Source: Candidatus Latescibacterota bacterium
GTDB taxonomy: Bacteria; Latescibacterota; UBA2968
Direction of reading: 5' to 3'
Assembly (NCBI GenBank): GCA_965205975.1
Contig: OZ242195.1
Coordinates: 3,648,001 to 3,712,000, forward strand
DNA: 64,000 nucleotides
Shown: in pieces, positions 29,315-39,325 of the stretch
Layout: every line of letters starts with the position of its first letter
Position numbering within the stretch: position 1 is the stretch's first letter
Notes under the pieces: generated by a model
Database searches by the model: none
What the model saw: the letters and a program-made list of their open reading frames with translations, nothing else
Told to the model about the DNA's origin: nothing
Program-made: the position numbers and the translations under genes

Positions 29315-30703
29315 TTAATAAATCAGCCGGCCTTTGCTTAACGCAGGCTCATTGTAGCGCTCCATCTGGGCAATCAACTCAGCTTTAAAGTTCTCTGCAA
29401 TCTCTTTGTATTCGGGATCGGTATATACATTGACCAGCTCATCCGGATCCTTATGCAGATCGTACAACCAGGGATCATCGACCTGTGAGAGAACCAGTTT
29501 ATAACGTCGGTTAACGGCCATAATGGTCTGCGATCCTGAAGTGGTCATATAGACAATGCGATCGTCATCTACCACCTTTTCATCACTGAGAAACGCCGCA
29601 GAATCATTTAACCCGTGGGCATTCGGAATCTCCTCCTCAATCCCCATAATGCCCAGAATCGTCGGACCGAAATCAACCGTCGTATAGGCGGTATTCACAA
29701 CTTTCCCCGGAGCGATCTTCTCGGGCCAGCGAATCACAAACGGAATCTTTGCACTGCCCTCGTAGGGCATTCCCTTGTTGTGGCGTCTATGTTCGCCCAT
29801 CAGGTCGCCATGATCGGCGGTAAAAATCACAATCGTATTCTGAGCCAGTCCCCCGGCTTCCAGATCTGCCAGAATGCGCCCCACATTGTCGTCGATACAT
29901 TTGACCATACCAAAATACCTCTGCATCTGTCTCTGATTCAGTTCACGGGCCGTATTCCTGTCTCCAACCCGGTGCCATTTCGGCATTTTCTCCACGGGAA
30001 AATCCATCGTGCGCGGATTTTGAAAAACCATATCTTGGTACATCGTGTCGTAGGGCGCGCGAACCGTATTTGGCCCGTGCGGATCCGGGATAGAGACCAT
30101 AATGCAAAAGGGTTGATTCTGATCGCGCTCGATAATTTCCAGGGTGCGGGTAGTCAACCAATCAGTTGTAAACGATTTTTCGTCGGCACCATCTACTCTG
30201 CTGGCAGGCTCACCCCTATTGTTCCTCGCCGCAATGTATGGTGTGCCGTCCTCTTTCAGCCCGAGTTTCTTCCAGTGACCGCGGTTCCACATATACCGAT
30301 TGTCCTCAAAACCAAATTTGTGCTCTGGCGCAAAACCGGGCTTGGCTTCTCCACCCAGATGCCACTTGCCGAGATATGAGGTGGCATAGCCCTGATTTTT
30401 GAGCACCTCGGCAAAAGTGATCAACCCCTCTTTCAGGGGGATATCGTTTTTATACACATCGGTGGCAATCGGATAAAGACCGGAAACAAAAGAGGCACGC
30501 GAAGGCGAGCAAACAGGCGACGACGAATAATAACTGTCGCAAATAGCGCCGTCCCGGGCGAGCGAATCAATATGAGGCGTATCTACCTTAACGCCTGGTC
30601 CCCAGACAAAAGCCTGATCTTCCGTCATCAAATCGCGATAACAACCCAACGTGCGAAAATTGTGTTCATCGGTGTGAATAATCAGCAAGTTTGGCTTACT
30701 CAT
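29315..30703 (-). CDS. Sulfatase (S1; possibly carrageenan-type)
   Basis: PNLLIIHTDEH, CSPSR, GKWHL, TADHG. Confidence 0.9.
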   Translation of the reverse strand: MSKPNLLIIHTDEHNFRTLGCYRDLMTEDQAFVWGPGVKVDTPHIDSLARDGAICDSYYSSSPVCSPSRASFVSGLYPIATDVYKNDIPLKEGLITFAEVLKNQGYATSYLGKWHLGGEAKPGFAPEHKFGFEDNRYMWNRGHWKKLGLKEDGTPYIAARNNRGEPASRVDGADEKSFTTDWLTTRTLEIIERDQNQPFCIMVSIPDPHGPNTVRAPYDTMYQDMVFQNPRTMDFPVEKMPKWHRVGDRNTARELNQRQMQRYFGMVKCIDDNVGRILADLEAGGLAQNTIVIFTADHGDLMGEHRRHNKGMPYEGSAKIPFVIRWPEKIAPGKVVNTAYTTVDFGPTILGIMGIEEEIPNAHGLNDSAAFLSDEKVVDDDRIVYMTTSGSQTIMAVNRRYKLVLSQVDDPWLYDLHKDPDELVNVYTDPEYKEIAENFKAELIAQMERYNEPALSKGRLIY

Positions 30704-31539
30704 TTCGATCTCCCTTGCGTAATCGGTGGTCTTGATGGTTCAATCGGGCGAATAATCTTTCGACGAGCGGGCGTTAATCTCGCAACCAATTCATCGGAAT
30801 ATTCATACCCGAAACGATCTCGGGTCCAAAAAGACGAATAGCGATAAATCAATGCGCGGCGCTCTCCTTCGTTGGTCCTCACGCTGGCACCGTGAATAAG
30901 TGCATCTGTAAACACAACGGCATCTCCCGCCTTGAGATGCACCTCCTTGAGAAGGGGAGCCATATCACCGGGCTCGAGAACATAATCCTTCCTGCCCTGC
31001 CTTTTCTGATGCACCAGCGGATTTGGAAGATTGGACTTATGGGACCCGGGAACAACCAGTGTCCCACCATCCCCTGGACCAATATCATTCAGTGCCAGGA
31101 GAATGTTCAAATTGCCACAGAAAAATTTATTGTCGTGATATTCAAAACTCGTGCGATACATCTTATTGTGACCGCCAGCATGCAACCTCACATGGCTCCC
31201 ACGACGGATGATCGGAAGAAAATTCATCCAAATATGCAAACCGTGGTTATCCACGTACCGCTTGACAAACTCGATCCAGTTGGGATTGTCAATCAACGCC
31301 TCAAAACACGAACCCCCTTCGATAACATTCCTGAAACTCACACTGTGACTATTGGTATTGTCATTCTTCACAACATGAACATTGCCCAACCATTCCTCAC
31401 CAGCGTCGCTCAAAACAAGCCATTCATCGACCTTCTCATTGATCTCGGCAATGAGTTCTGGCTGCACAGCATTCTTTAAAATGAGAAAACCCTCAAGATC
31501 AAATCGATAATCATCCCATTCATCCGGTGCAGGTATCAT
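30700..31539 (-). CDS. PhyH-fold Fe(II)/2OG enzyme with HxG motif (putative halogenase)
   Basis: FDLEGFL, RLHAGG in place of HxD, GG...VPGSH, LIHGA, RR. Confidence 0.75.
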   Translation of the reverse strand: MIPAPDEWDDYRFDLEGFLILKNAVQPELIAEINEKVDEWLVLSDAGEEWLGNVHVVKNDNTNSHSVSFRNVIEGGSCFEALIDNPNWIEFVKRYVDNHGLHIWMNFLPIIRRGSHVRLHAGGHNKMYRTSFEYHDNKFFCGNLNILLALNDIGPGDGGTLVVPGSHKSNLPNPLVHQKRQGRKDYVLEPGDMAPLLKEVHLKAGDAVVFTDALIHGASVRTNEGERRALIYRYSSFWTRDRFGYEYSDELVARLTPARRKIIRPIEPSRPPITQGRSK

Positions 31540-31560
31540 ATTTCCATCCCTTCTTTAAAA

Positions 31561-32397
31561 TCATGCAGTCACAGATTGAACAGGCGGTCTTATCGGCACA
31601 ACGGGCCGCACAATTTTTCTGCGCTCAGATGTAAGCCTGGCGAGCAATTCTTCTGACGGCTCAAAACCAGTAGCATTTTTCATCCAAAATGCAGTATATC
31701 GATAGATCAGTATCCTGCGCTCGCCGTCATTGGTCCGCACACTGGCACCGTGTGTACAGGCATCCGTAAAAATAACAGCGTCGCCTGCATTGAGGTGCAT
31801 TTCCTTTAAATAGGGCGTCAGTTTCGTCTGCTCAACCACATTCTTATGTCGCCCATTTTCCTGCTCGAAAATCAAAGGATTAACCACATTGCATTTATGC
31901 GACCCGGGCACAATCATAGTACCGCCATCTCCTGGACCAATATCATTCAGCGCGAGCAAAACATTGAAATTGCCACAATAGAAATTATCATTATGATAGC
32001 GAAAACTGGTGCGATAACTCTTGTTGTGCCCGCCGGAATGAACAGGGACATAACTACCCTTCCGACTGACAGACAAATGGTTAGCCCAGATGTATAACCC
32101 ATCATTATCGACATAGCGCTTCACATACTCGAGCCAATTGGGATTATCGATCAACGCCTCAAAAGCTGGTCCACCCTCAATAATATTGGCAAACTTGATA
32201 TCGGGACCCTGTACAGGTTCGGGATCGCTACCGCGAACATGGCCGATCCATTTGTGTCCAGCCTCGTGTAAAGCAACCCATTCATCGACCGTCTCATTAA
32301 TCTCCGCAATCAGTTCTGGAGAAACAACATTCTTCAAAACGAGAAATCCCTGAAGGTCAAAAAGATAGTCCTCCCATTCGGTAGGTGTAGATATCAT
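31561..32397 (-). CDS. PhyH-fold Fe(II)/2OG enzyme with HxG motif (putative halogenase); paralog of neighbour
   Basis: Start MISTP (RBS GAGGAG); PVHSGG, VPGSH, CTHGA, RR. Confidence 0.75.
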   Translation of the reverse strand: MISTPTEWEDYLFDLQGFLVLKNVVSPELIAEINETVDEWVALHEAGHKWIGHVRGSDPEPVQGPDIKFANIIEGGPAFEALIDNPNWLEYVKRYVDNDGLYIWANHLSVSRKGSYVPVHSGGHNKSYRTSFRYHNDNFYCGNFNVLLALNDIGPGDGGTMIVPGSHKCNVVNPLIFEQENGRHKNVVEQTKLTPYLKEMHLNAGDAVIFTDACTHGASVRTNDGERRILIYRYTAFWMKNATGFEPSEELLARLTSERRKIVRPVVPIRPPVQSVTA

Positions 32398-32413
32398 ATC
32401 TTCTCCTCTTGCA

Positions 32414-33496
32414 TTATTCACGGCACAGCTTCGCCACGGCAATCGCATCCTCTTCCCAACAGGTATAAAACAAATACAACTGACCATCTTCTTTAAACGC
32501 ATAAGAATCGTGCACCACATCGCCCTCCCAATCCTCCTCGGCGCGAATCATATCTTCTGGAGGATAACTCGTCTGCCACGCCTGCCAATCGCCCGCGCTC
32601 AAATCCACAGTCGAACGCATAATATATTCCGGCTCCTCCCATTTTCGGCTGTAAAACACCTCCAGCGTCTCGCCATCCTCCATCACCCGCACACATCCGT
32701 GGCGCAATCCCAAACCCCCATTGGGAAGATGATCGCCCGCCAACCCATCGGCGACGAGATCATCTTCAATAGGCGACGATTCAGCGGACACCCACAGAGG
32801 ATCGCTCGTATTCCAACCCTCTGGCGCATCCCACGGACATTCGGGAACAGCTGGCTCTAAAAAAAATCCGCGCTGTGCAAAACCGTACCAATCGCCGCGA
32901 TAGGTAAACACGCGCAAATAATTTCGATCCGCAAATTTCAACCGCTTCAATCCACCACCCTCTTCACCACCCACTTCAGGACGGTTAAAATTCAACCCGT
33001 ACTTCGACGTCGCCACAAATGAACGCTGGCCATCATTGCTGCTCCCGTGAACCACCATAATAAAATGCCGACTATCCTCATCCACAATCACCTCGGGAGA
33101 CGACACATGCCCCTTCAACACAATCCCATCCACCACATCAATCGTCTCAGTCTCATTGCCCAGCCTCAAATCAAAAACCCCGCGCCCTGGAAAACGAGTA
33201 TCATCCAACCTGCCGGCATTAAAAAGCGTCCAATCCGCCGAATCCACCCGATCTGACCACGCCATGTGAATACTCGTCCCGTGATGCGACGCACAATAAA
33301 GATAATAATTCGCATCCGGATGTGCCCGATCTTCCGCAGGCACCCAATCGGGAATCCGAACCACCGTGGGAAACATCGCATCGCCGCGCAATCTCGAACG
33401 ATTGGGATCTGCACCAATCCTGAGCCGTCGCACATCATTTCCTTCCACAATTGGCCTGCCGTGTAATTTCTCAACCCGATAAGTTACTTCACCCAT
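32414..33496 (-). CDS. Hypothetical protein, five-bladed beta-propeller glycosidase-like
   Basis: FPTVVR, YYLY..SHHG..I..AWSD, HVSSP, YLRVF, LRH, LYLFY blade-like motifs. Confidence 0.5.
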   Translation of the reverse strand: MGEVTYRVEKLHGRPIVEGNDVRRLRIGADPNRSRLRGDAMFPTVVRIPDWVPAEDRAHPDANYYLYCASHHGTSIHMAWSDRVDSADWTLFNAGRLDDTRFPGRGVFDLRLGNETETIDVVDGIVLKGHVSSPEVIVDEDSRHFIMVVHGSSNDGQRSFVATSKYGLNFNRPEVGGEEGGGLKRLKFADRNYLRVFTYRGDWYGFAQRGFFLEPAVPECPWDAPEGWNTSDPLWVSAESSPIEDDLVADGLAGDHLPNGGLGLRHGCVRVMEDGETLEVFYSRKWEEPEYIMRSTVDLSAGDWQAWQTSYPPEDMIRAEEDWEGDVVHDSYAFKEDGQLYLFYTCWEEDAIAVAKLCRE

Positions 33497-33510
33497 GCAA
33501 TTCTCCATGC

Positions 33511-34467
33511 TCAATGGCGTTCATCCAGCGGCGTCCAACCGCGCCCGGGGGTATGAACTTTCTTTCTATCCCATGCTCTCCGCAACGCGGCAAAATCTTT
33601 TGGATCTCGCATCTCGCGCTCGGGATTTTGCGTATCCTGAATCACGAAATACGCCTCGCCCGGATGGCACGCCATCGTCACTGGCTCGCGCTCTGGCGTA
33701 TAATCTTCGGGCACCTCACCGATATTGCTCGGCACGCTAAAATCCTGATATCGCAAATCCATACTCCACCGCACAACATCCGTCTTATTTTCAAACGAAG
33801 CGTGCGGCGTCAAATTCGTCAAAAACAAAACCGACCCCGCCGACATCTCCACTGGTATCGCGCCTTCGGGAACCTCTTCAGGTGCAATTTCCAAAAACCC
33901 CGCGTGACCACCCGTATAATGTCGGATAATCCCCTTATCCTGCACCTTTGGAATCACCCACAAACATCCATTATCCAGCGTCACATCCACCAGCGGTACC
34001 CAGCACGTCACCATCAAATACTCGTAACAATGCGCCATTGAATAGCCCGCATCCTGATGCCACGGCACCTCCCCACGCGAATAGCCCGGCACCTTGGGGC
34101 GTATGCGATAAATCGATGTACCCATAATATCGGGACCAATAATATCCTCAATACACGCAATCAATGGCCGATGCCGCAACGCCTTCAAAATCCCCGGCCC
34201 GTGAAACCTGCCCGACCAGATCGACATCAACACCTTGTGCGTGGCCTCCGGGTCGTATTGGTGGAGCCTCGTCAGCCGCGTCTCAAATGACTCCTCGGCA
34301 AAATCGCGATCCAGCTCGCCCTCGGCAATCAACTCATCGCACTTCTCCTGAACCGCGCCCGTCAACCCATCCTTCAGAAGTTGCAAATCATCCGAAGAAT
34401 AAATGGATTCTTTAACCACATAACCAAGCTCTTTGAACTGTCGAACTTCCTCTGCTGTAAGCCCCAT
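33511..34467 (-). CDS. Phytanoyl-CoA dioxygenase family protein (canonical HQD)
   Basis: F.ELGYV, VPWHQD, NGCL.V, TPHAS..N....VRWS.D.RY. Confidence 0.88.
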   Translation of the reverse strand: MGLTAEEVRQFKELGYVVKESIYSSDDLQLLKDGLTGAVQEKCDELIAEGELDRDFAEESFETRLTRLHQYDPEATHKVLMSIWSGRFHGPGILKALRHRPLIACIEDIIGPDIMGTSIYRIRPKVPGYSRGEVPWHQDAGYSMAHCYEYLMVTCWVPLVDVTLDNGCLWVIPKVQDKGIIRHYTGGHAGFLEIAPEEVPEGAIPVEMSAGSVLFLTNLTPHASFENKTDVVRWSMDLRYQDFSVPSNIGEVPEDYTPEREPVTMACHPGEAYFVIQDTQNPEREMRDPKDFAALRRAWDRKKVHTPGRGWTPLDERH

Positions 34468-34484
34468 AAGTATGTCCTTTCCGA

Positions 34485-35231
34485 TCACATCACGACTTTT
34501 TCCCGCCCGCCAATTGATGGCGGCTCCATAATCCGTCGCTGCTGATCTGTCACATTGGGATAATCGTCTGGATTGTAATAATTCTGCGACCACGCCGAAT
34601 GTCCCGGACTAAATTTATACAGCAATGCGCGGCGCTCGTGCTCGCCTTCCCAGGGCATTGTTCCATGCACCAGTGCCTCCGTAAAAATGATCATATCCCC
34701 GGCTTCTGCTTCGGGCTGATGTACATAATGCGCCGGTCGCTCAAAACTGCGCACATCGTTGGGAATACTGACAAAATTGCTCTTATGCGACCCGGGAACA
34801 CAGGCAAAGCCTCCATCCCCTTTACGCGCGGGTGCGAGGTTATACGTAAACACCGTCAACCCATTGCGCATCACCCCATCGTGGTATTTGTACCAATGAT
34901 CGCCCGGCACACCCGCCTGCAATGATGGCCCACCGTGCAATCGCCCGCGGCTTGCGCCCTTCTTCATAAAAATGCAATAATCGTGATCCACGCGAAATGT
35001 CGGTCCCAACAACTCAATCATATACGGCAACGCATTGGGATGATCGAACAACGCCTGCGTCTCGGGACCCCACATTGAAACGCGACTCGTGCGGCGGTTC
35101 CCATCATCTTCGCTGGCAGGCCATACCTCATCGGCCAACTCATTCAACGCCTCCACCTCATCTGCGCTCAACACATCTTTAACAACCAAAAACCCCTGCA
35201 AATCAAATCGAAACTTCTCTTCCGGCGTCAT
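34485..35231 (-). CDS. PhyH-fold Fe(II)/2OG enzyme with HxG motif (putative halogenase)
   Basis: FDLQGFL, RLHGG, GGF.CVPGSH, LVHGT, RR. Confidence 0.75.
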   Translation of the reverse strand: MTPEEKFRFDLQGFLVVKDVLSADEVEALNELADEVWPASEDDGNRRTSRVSMWGPETQALFDHPNALPYMIELLGPTFRVDHDYCIFMKKGASRGRLHGGPSLQAGVPGDHWYKYHDGVMRNGLTVFTYNLAPARKGDGGFACVPGSHKSNFVSIPNDVRSFERPAHYVHQPEAEAGDMIIFTEALVHGTMPWEGEHERRALLYKFSPGHSAWSQNYYNPDDYPNVTDQQRRIMEPPSIGGREKVVM

Positions 35232-35248
35232 AATATCCTCCGTTTCCA

Positions 35249-36046
35249 TTACAGATTATCAACCGCATAAACAGCTTTCTCTATCTGTTCCTCCCCGACA
35301 GTTTTGACCTTAGCATCTAAACCGAGCAACAGGGCAATATCGCAAATATTATTTATATCTCGCGGAACACCATTGGACGCTTGATAGAGCGCGTCGAGCG
35401 CGTCCTCGTCGAACAAGGATCGATCGGCTCCCGCTTTTTTTAGGCGTGTTTGCACATACGCGTGTGTCTCCTCGCGCTTAAACGGCGCGAGGTGATATTG
35501 CCGTGCGACCTGTTGTCCCAATGGCTCAATGCCAGCAACCCGGTCCTTGAGACCTGTCTGTCCAATGAGGAGAAGAGTAAGAAAAAAACGCCCGTTGCGT
35601 TGAAAGCTGAACAGAGATTGCAACTCTTCAAATGTATTGTCGTCTGCTATTGCATCGGCATCATCGACAATGACAACCGTATATTTGCCCGCATTGGCAC
35701 TTTTGACAGTCTGAACCTCAAGTGCGCGTTGCAATTTTCCATTCGATTGGTCCTCAACACCCAATTGCCCGAGCATATCTCGAAGAAAGTCTTCCGGCGC
35801 AAGACCGGGCCTATTCATAAGCGCGATTTTATACCTATCAGATGACAGTTCATGGATGAGCATGCGACTCACAACGGTTTTGCCACAGCCCGCATCGCCC
35901 GTGAGCACGGCAGCCCCCAGGCGAGTATTAATCGCGTAAAACATCTGTAACAGTGCTCTCTGGTGATCTGCTGAAGAATAAAAAAAATGCGGATCCGGCA
36001 CACTTTCAAACGGCAATTCTGTCAGATTCCAATATTCCTGGTACAC
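35249..36046 (-). CDS. ExeA/GspA-like AAA ATPase
   Basis: MY..YW.L...PF...PDP.FF, GDAGCGKT, L.GQ, G.PR.IN.ICD..LL. Confidence 0.85.
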   Translation of the reverse strand: MYQEYWNLTELPFESVPDPHFFYSSADHQRALLQMFYAINTRLGAAVLTGDAGCGKTVVSRMLIHELSSDRYKIALMNRPGLAPEDFLRDMLGQLGVEDQSNGKLQRALEVQTVKSANAGKYTVVIVDDADAIADDNTFEELQSLFSFQRNGRFFLTLLLIGQTGLKDRVAGIEPLGQQVARQYHLAPFKREETHAYVQTRLKKAGADRSLFDEDALDALYQASNGVPRDINNICDIALLLGLDAKVKTVGEEQIEKAVYAVDNL

Positions 36047-36241
36047 GGTTTTAACCCTTTATTTTAAATCCGACCATGGTCTTTACAACCCAATCGGAGT
36101 CGTGGTTTAACGCTGCCCATTGCACCTATTTTGTCGCAATCCAATATAGTTACCTCAAACGGTCTGTGTCAAGTAATCGACAAAGCGATTTAAGGGCTTC
36201 CCCATGTTTTATACAACACGGAGACATTGGCACAAAATACT

Positions 36242-36269
36242 TTGACGGAACGTAACCAAACCCTATATT
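36242..36269 (+). promoter_or_regulatory. Putative sigma70 promoter of GT2 gene run
   Basis: TTGACG-N16-TATATT upstream of RBS GGAG and ATG 36324. Confidence 0.4.
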
Positions 36270-36323
36270 TTGCTGCACTGCGCTTGTGACATATCTGTTT
36301 TGACTCTCATTTTGGAGATCTGT

Positions 36324-37820
36324 ATGGCCTGGTGGCAATCCGTTTTGCTGGCCACTTACAGCCTGGTGTTTGCATTGCTGATGCTCGTAAGTCTGCATAG
36401 ACACTTGATGGTACACCTCTATTACAAGCACCGTCGCAAACAACCGAATCCCCGCGGCACCTTTGATGAATTACCGGTTGTGACCGTGCAATTGCCCGTA
36501 TTCAATGAACGCTATGTGGTCGAACGGCTGATTCGCGCGGTCGCCAAGATGGATTATCCAACCGACCGCCTCGAAATTCAGGTCCTGGATGACTCGACCG
36601 ATGAAACAACCGCCATTGCCAGGCGGTGTGTAGATGAACTTCGGCGTTCGGGACTGGATATCGCGCTGATACACCGCAAAACGCGCACCGGGTATAAAGC
36701 CGGTGCTCTCGCAGAGGGATTGCGGGTTGCACGGGGTGAATTGATCGCAATTTTTGACGCCGATTTCCTGCCGCCACCAGACTTTTTGAACAAAACCATC
36801 CCGCACTTCGTCGAACCGCAGGTCGGCATGGTTCAGACGCGCTGGGGACATCTGAATCGGGACTACTCCATTTTGACACGCGTACAGGCCATCTATCTCG
36901 ACGGTCATTTTGTTATGGAACACGGTGCGCGTAGCCGCTCGGGCCTGTTCTTCAATTTTAACGGCACAGCGGGCGTCTGGCGCCGAGCTTGTATCGATGA
37001 AGCCGGCGGTTGGCAGCACGACACCCTGACCGAAGACCTCGATTTGAGCTACCGCGCGCAATTGGCAGGCTGGCGATTCGTCTATCTTGAGAATACCGTA
37101 ACACCGGCGGAAATCCCCGTGGAAGTAAATGCCTGGAAGTCACAGCAATTTCGATGGGCAAAAGGCTCGGTTCAGACCGCAAAAAAAACACTAAAGACCC
37201 TGTTGAAAAGCCATCTCTCCTGGCGCGTGAAGGGCGAAGCCGCTTTTCATCTGGTAACCAATTTCGCATATTGTTTGATGGCAATGATCGCCATTCTCAT
37301 TTTTCCCGCAATTGTCCTGAGGGAAGACCTGGGATGGCTCCGGGTGGTAATAATCGATTTTCCCCTCTTTGTAGGCGCAACGGGCGTGATCTCGAGATAC
37401 TATATCCACTCGCAACGAGAAATTTATTCGGATTGGAAATCGCGCATCCTGTATTTGCCATTTGTACTCGCCCTGGGCATGGGAATTTCATTGAACAACG
37501 CGCGCGGAGTAATTCAGGCACTGCGAGGGCACGAGACTGCATTTAACCGCACCCCCAAATATCGCGTTATCGGACGGAATGGAAATTGGTATCGAAAAAA
37601 TTACGCCCTGAAAAAAAACATAACTGCATTTTTGGAAATTGGACTCGGTCTTTATCTGCTGGCCGCTATGGCGTATTCGATTGCCAAAGGACTGTATTTC
37701 CCCGTACCATTCCTGGTTTTGTTTGCCTCTGGATTTTTTTATGTAGGGTGCCTGTCTTTGTTCCAGGGTATCTGGGCGAAAATGCATTCGCAACCAATTG
37801 AAGTCGCGGAGGCAAATTAA
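36324..37820 (+). CDS. Processive GT2 glycosyltransferase (cellulose synthase-like, CslA-type)
   Basis: QLPVFNE, LDDS, KAG, FDAD, TED, QQFRW (D,D,D,QxxRW), C-terminal TM helices. Confidence 0.9.
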   Translation: MAWWQSVLLATYSLVFALLMLVSLHRHLMVHLYYKHRRKQPNPRGTFDELPVVTVQLPVFNERYVVERLIRAVAKMDYPTDRLEIQVLDDSTDETTAIARRCVDELRRSGLDIALIHRKTRTGYKAGALAEGLRVARGELIAIFDADFLPPPDFLNKTIPHFVEPQVGMVQTRWGHLNRDYSILTRVQAIYLDGHFVMEHGARSRSGLFFNFNGTAGVWRRACIDEAGGWQHDTLTEDLDLSYRAQLAGWRFVYLENTVTPAEIPVEVNAWKSQQFRWAKGSVQTAKKTLKTLLKSHLSWRVKGEAAFHLVTNFAYCLMAMIAILIFPAIVLREDLGWLRVVIIDFPLFVGATGVISRYYIHSQREIYSDWKSRILYLPFVLALGMGISLNNARGVIQALRGHETAFNRTPKYRVIGRNGNWYRKNYALKKNITAFLEIGLGLYLLAAMAYSIAKGLYFPVPFLVLFASGFFYVGCLSLFQGIWAKMHSQPIEVAEAN

Positions 37821-37846
37821 AAAACAATTAAAGGTAGAACGGGCAC

Positions 37847-38698
37847 ATGGCAACGCGACTCAACAATCCATACCTCTGGGCTTATACCGCAGCCATTCTG
37901 CTGCACATTCTATTCCTGATCCTGGAGAACCCGCTGTCTGCGGTCATTGCGCCGCAGCCAGAACAAATACCCGCATCACCGCCCCTGACATTTGAATTTG
38001 TCGATGTGCCCCAAAATCGAGACGACGCTCCGCCCGAAGAAACCCCGTTGCTCGCAGAGCGCGATAATATCTCTCGCGATCAACAAATGGACCCCTTGCC
38101 CGAAAGCCACTTGCCATATTCCGATGGCATATCGCGGGCAAAAAATATAGCGACGCCAGCGCAGGGAAAGTCGCGCAGGGAAACACAAAGCGCAGACCGC
38201 TCATCGGAAACTGAAACTACTGACAATTCCCTTAACTTTGAGGATTTATTGAAAAAACCCGAAAAAGCGCGAAAAGAGCGAGAACGCGCGGTGTTGGGCG
38301 GAGAACTGCCCCAATCGCACGTAGATATGGACAATAGCAAAACCCGCGCACTCGAACGAGGGGGATTGCAACTGAGCACTTATGAATGGAATTTCGCGCC
38401 CTATATGCAATATCTCAAGCGACGTATTGACCGCCATATATATCCGCCCCGTCTATTCGAGTTGGGCATGATCGACGGCACGACCGTGGTGAAGTTTAGA
38501 ATCTGGCGCGACGGTCGGCTTGAAGGCCCCGAACTGATCGACTATAAGGGCAGTGAGTCATTGCTCGAAACGAGCCTGGAAGCCGTTAAACGCTCGGCAC
38601 CATTCAGGGCATTACCCCCAGATTTCCCGGAAGAGTACCTCGAAATTGTGGGTACTTTTGAATATTTAATTTTTGGAAAAGGACAAAGGCGACAATAA
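37847..38698 (+). CDS. TonB/TolA-family energy transducer
   Basis: N-terminal TM with His (LLHIL), Pro/acidic linker, C-terminal G...V.F.I..DG...APF..LP domain. Confidence 0.8.
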   Translation: MATRLNNPYLWAYTAAILLHILFLILENPLSAVIAPQPEQIPASPPLTFEFVDVPQNRDDAPPEETPLLAERDNISRDQQMDPLPESHLPYSDGISRAKNIATPAQGKSRRETQSADRSSETETTDNSLNFEDLLKKPEKARKERERAVLGGELPQSHVDMDNSKTRALERGGLQLSTYEWNFAPYMQYLKRRIDRHIYPPRLFELGMIDGTTVVKFRIWRDGRLEGPELIDYKGSESLLETSLEAVKRSAPFRALPPDFPEEYLEIVGTFEYLIFGKGQRRQ

Positions 38699-38699
38699 T

Positions 38700-39323
38700 A
38701 TGGGCTGGGCACTGTTTGAACAGGGTGGTCTCATGATGTATCCTCTGACTTTGTGCTCAGTACTGGCTTTGGGCATTGCAATTGAGCGCGGATTTGCACT
38801 GCGCCGTCGCGCCATCATCCGGCCCGAGATTGTCAGTGTAATCGACAATATTCAAGGATCCGAAGACATTGGGTTGGCTTTGAACGTCTGCAGGCAACAC
38901 AAAGGTCCTTTCTCTGCAGTGATGCGCGCGGGATTAGACAATCGACATTTGTCCTTAGAAGAGATCCGAGAAAGTATTCTGGATCAGGGCCGCCAAGAGA
39001 TGGGGGTATTGCAGAAGGGTCTGGTAGTTCTGGAAACCGTAGCGGGAGTTTCGCCACTTTTGGGACTTTTGGGCACTGTTTTGGGCATGATTAAAGTTTT
39101 TCAGCAGGTTTCAGAAGTGGGCGTAGGGCAGGCCAATCTCCTGGCAGGAGGCATTTCCGAAGCGATTCTAACGACTGCTGCCGGACTTTTTATTGCAATT
39201 CCATCACTTGTATTTTACAATCTATACAGCAGTCGGGCAGAAAGCCTGATTTTGGAAATTGAGAAATACGCCAACACTCTGCTAAAAAAACTCCGGGGGT
39301 TTCAAGGCTCCGAAGGTGGATAG
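38700..39323 (+). CDS. MotA/TolQ/ExbB proton channel protein
   Basis: GG.MM.PL, PLLGLLGTV.GMI, GISEA..TTA.GL. Confidence 0.9.
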   Translation: MGWALFEQGGLMMYPLTLCSVLALGIAIERGFALRRRAIIRPEIVSVIDNIQGSEDIGLALNVCRQHKGPFSAVMRAGLDNRHLSLEEIRESILDQGRQEMGVLQKGLVVLETVAGVSPLLGLLGTVLGMIKVFQQVSEVGVGQANLLAGGISEAILTTAAGLFIAIPSLVFYNLYSSRAESLILEIEKYANTLLKKLRGFQGSEGG

Positions 39324-39325
39324 CG

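Noticed and set aside
35249..36046. Type II secretion system locus
   Set aside because: Only an ExeA-like ATPase is present; there are no gspC-M genes in the window.
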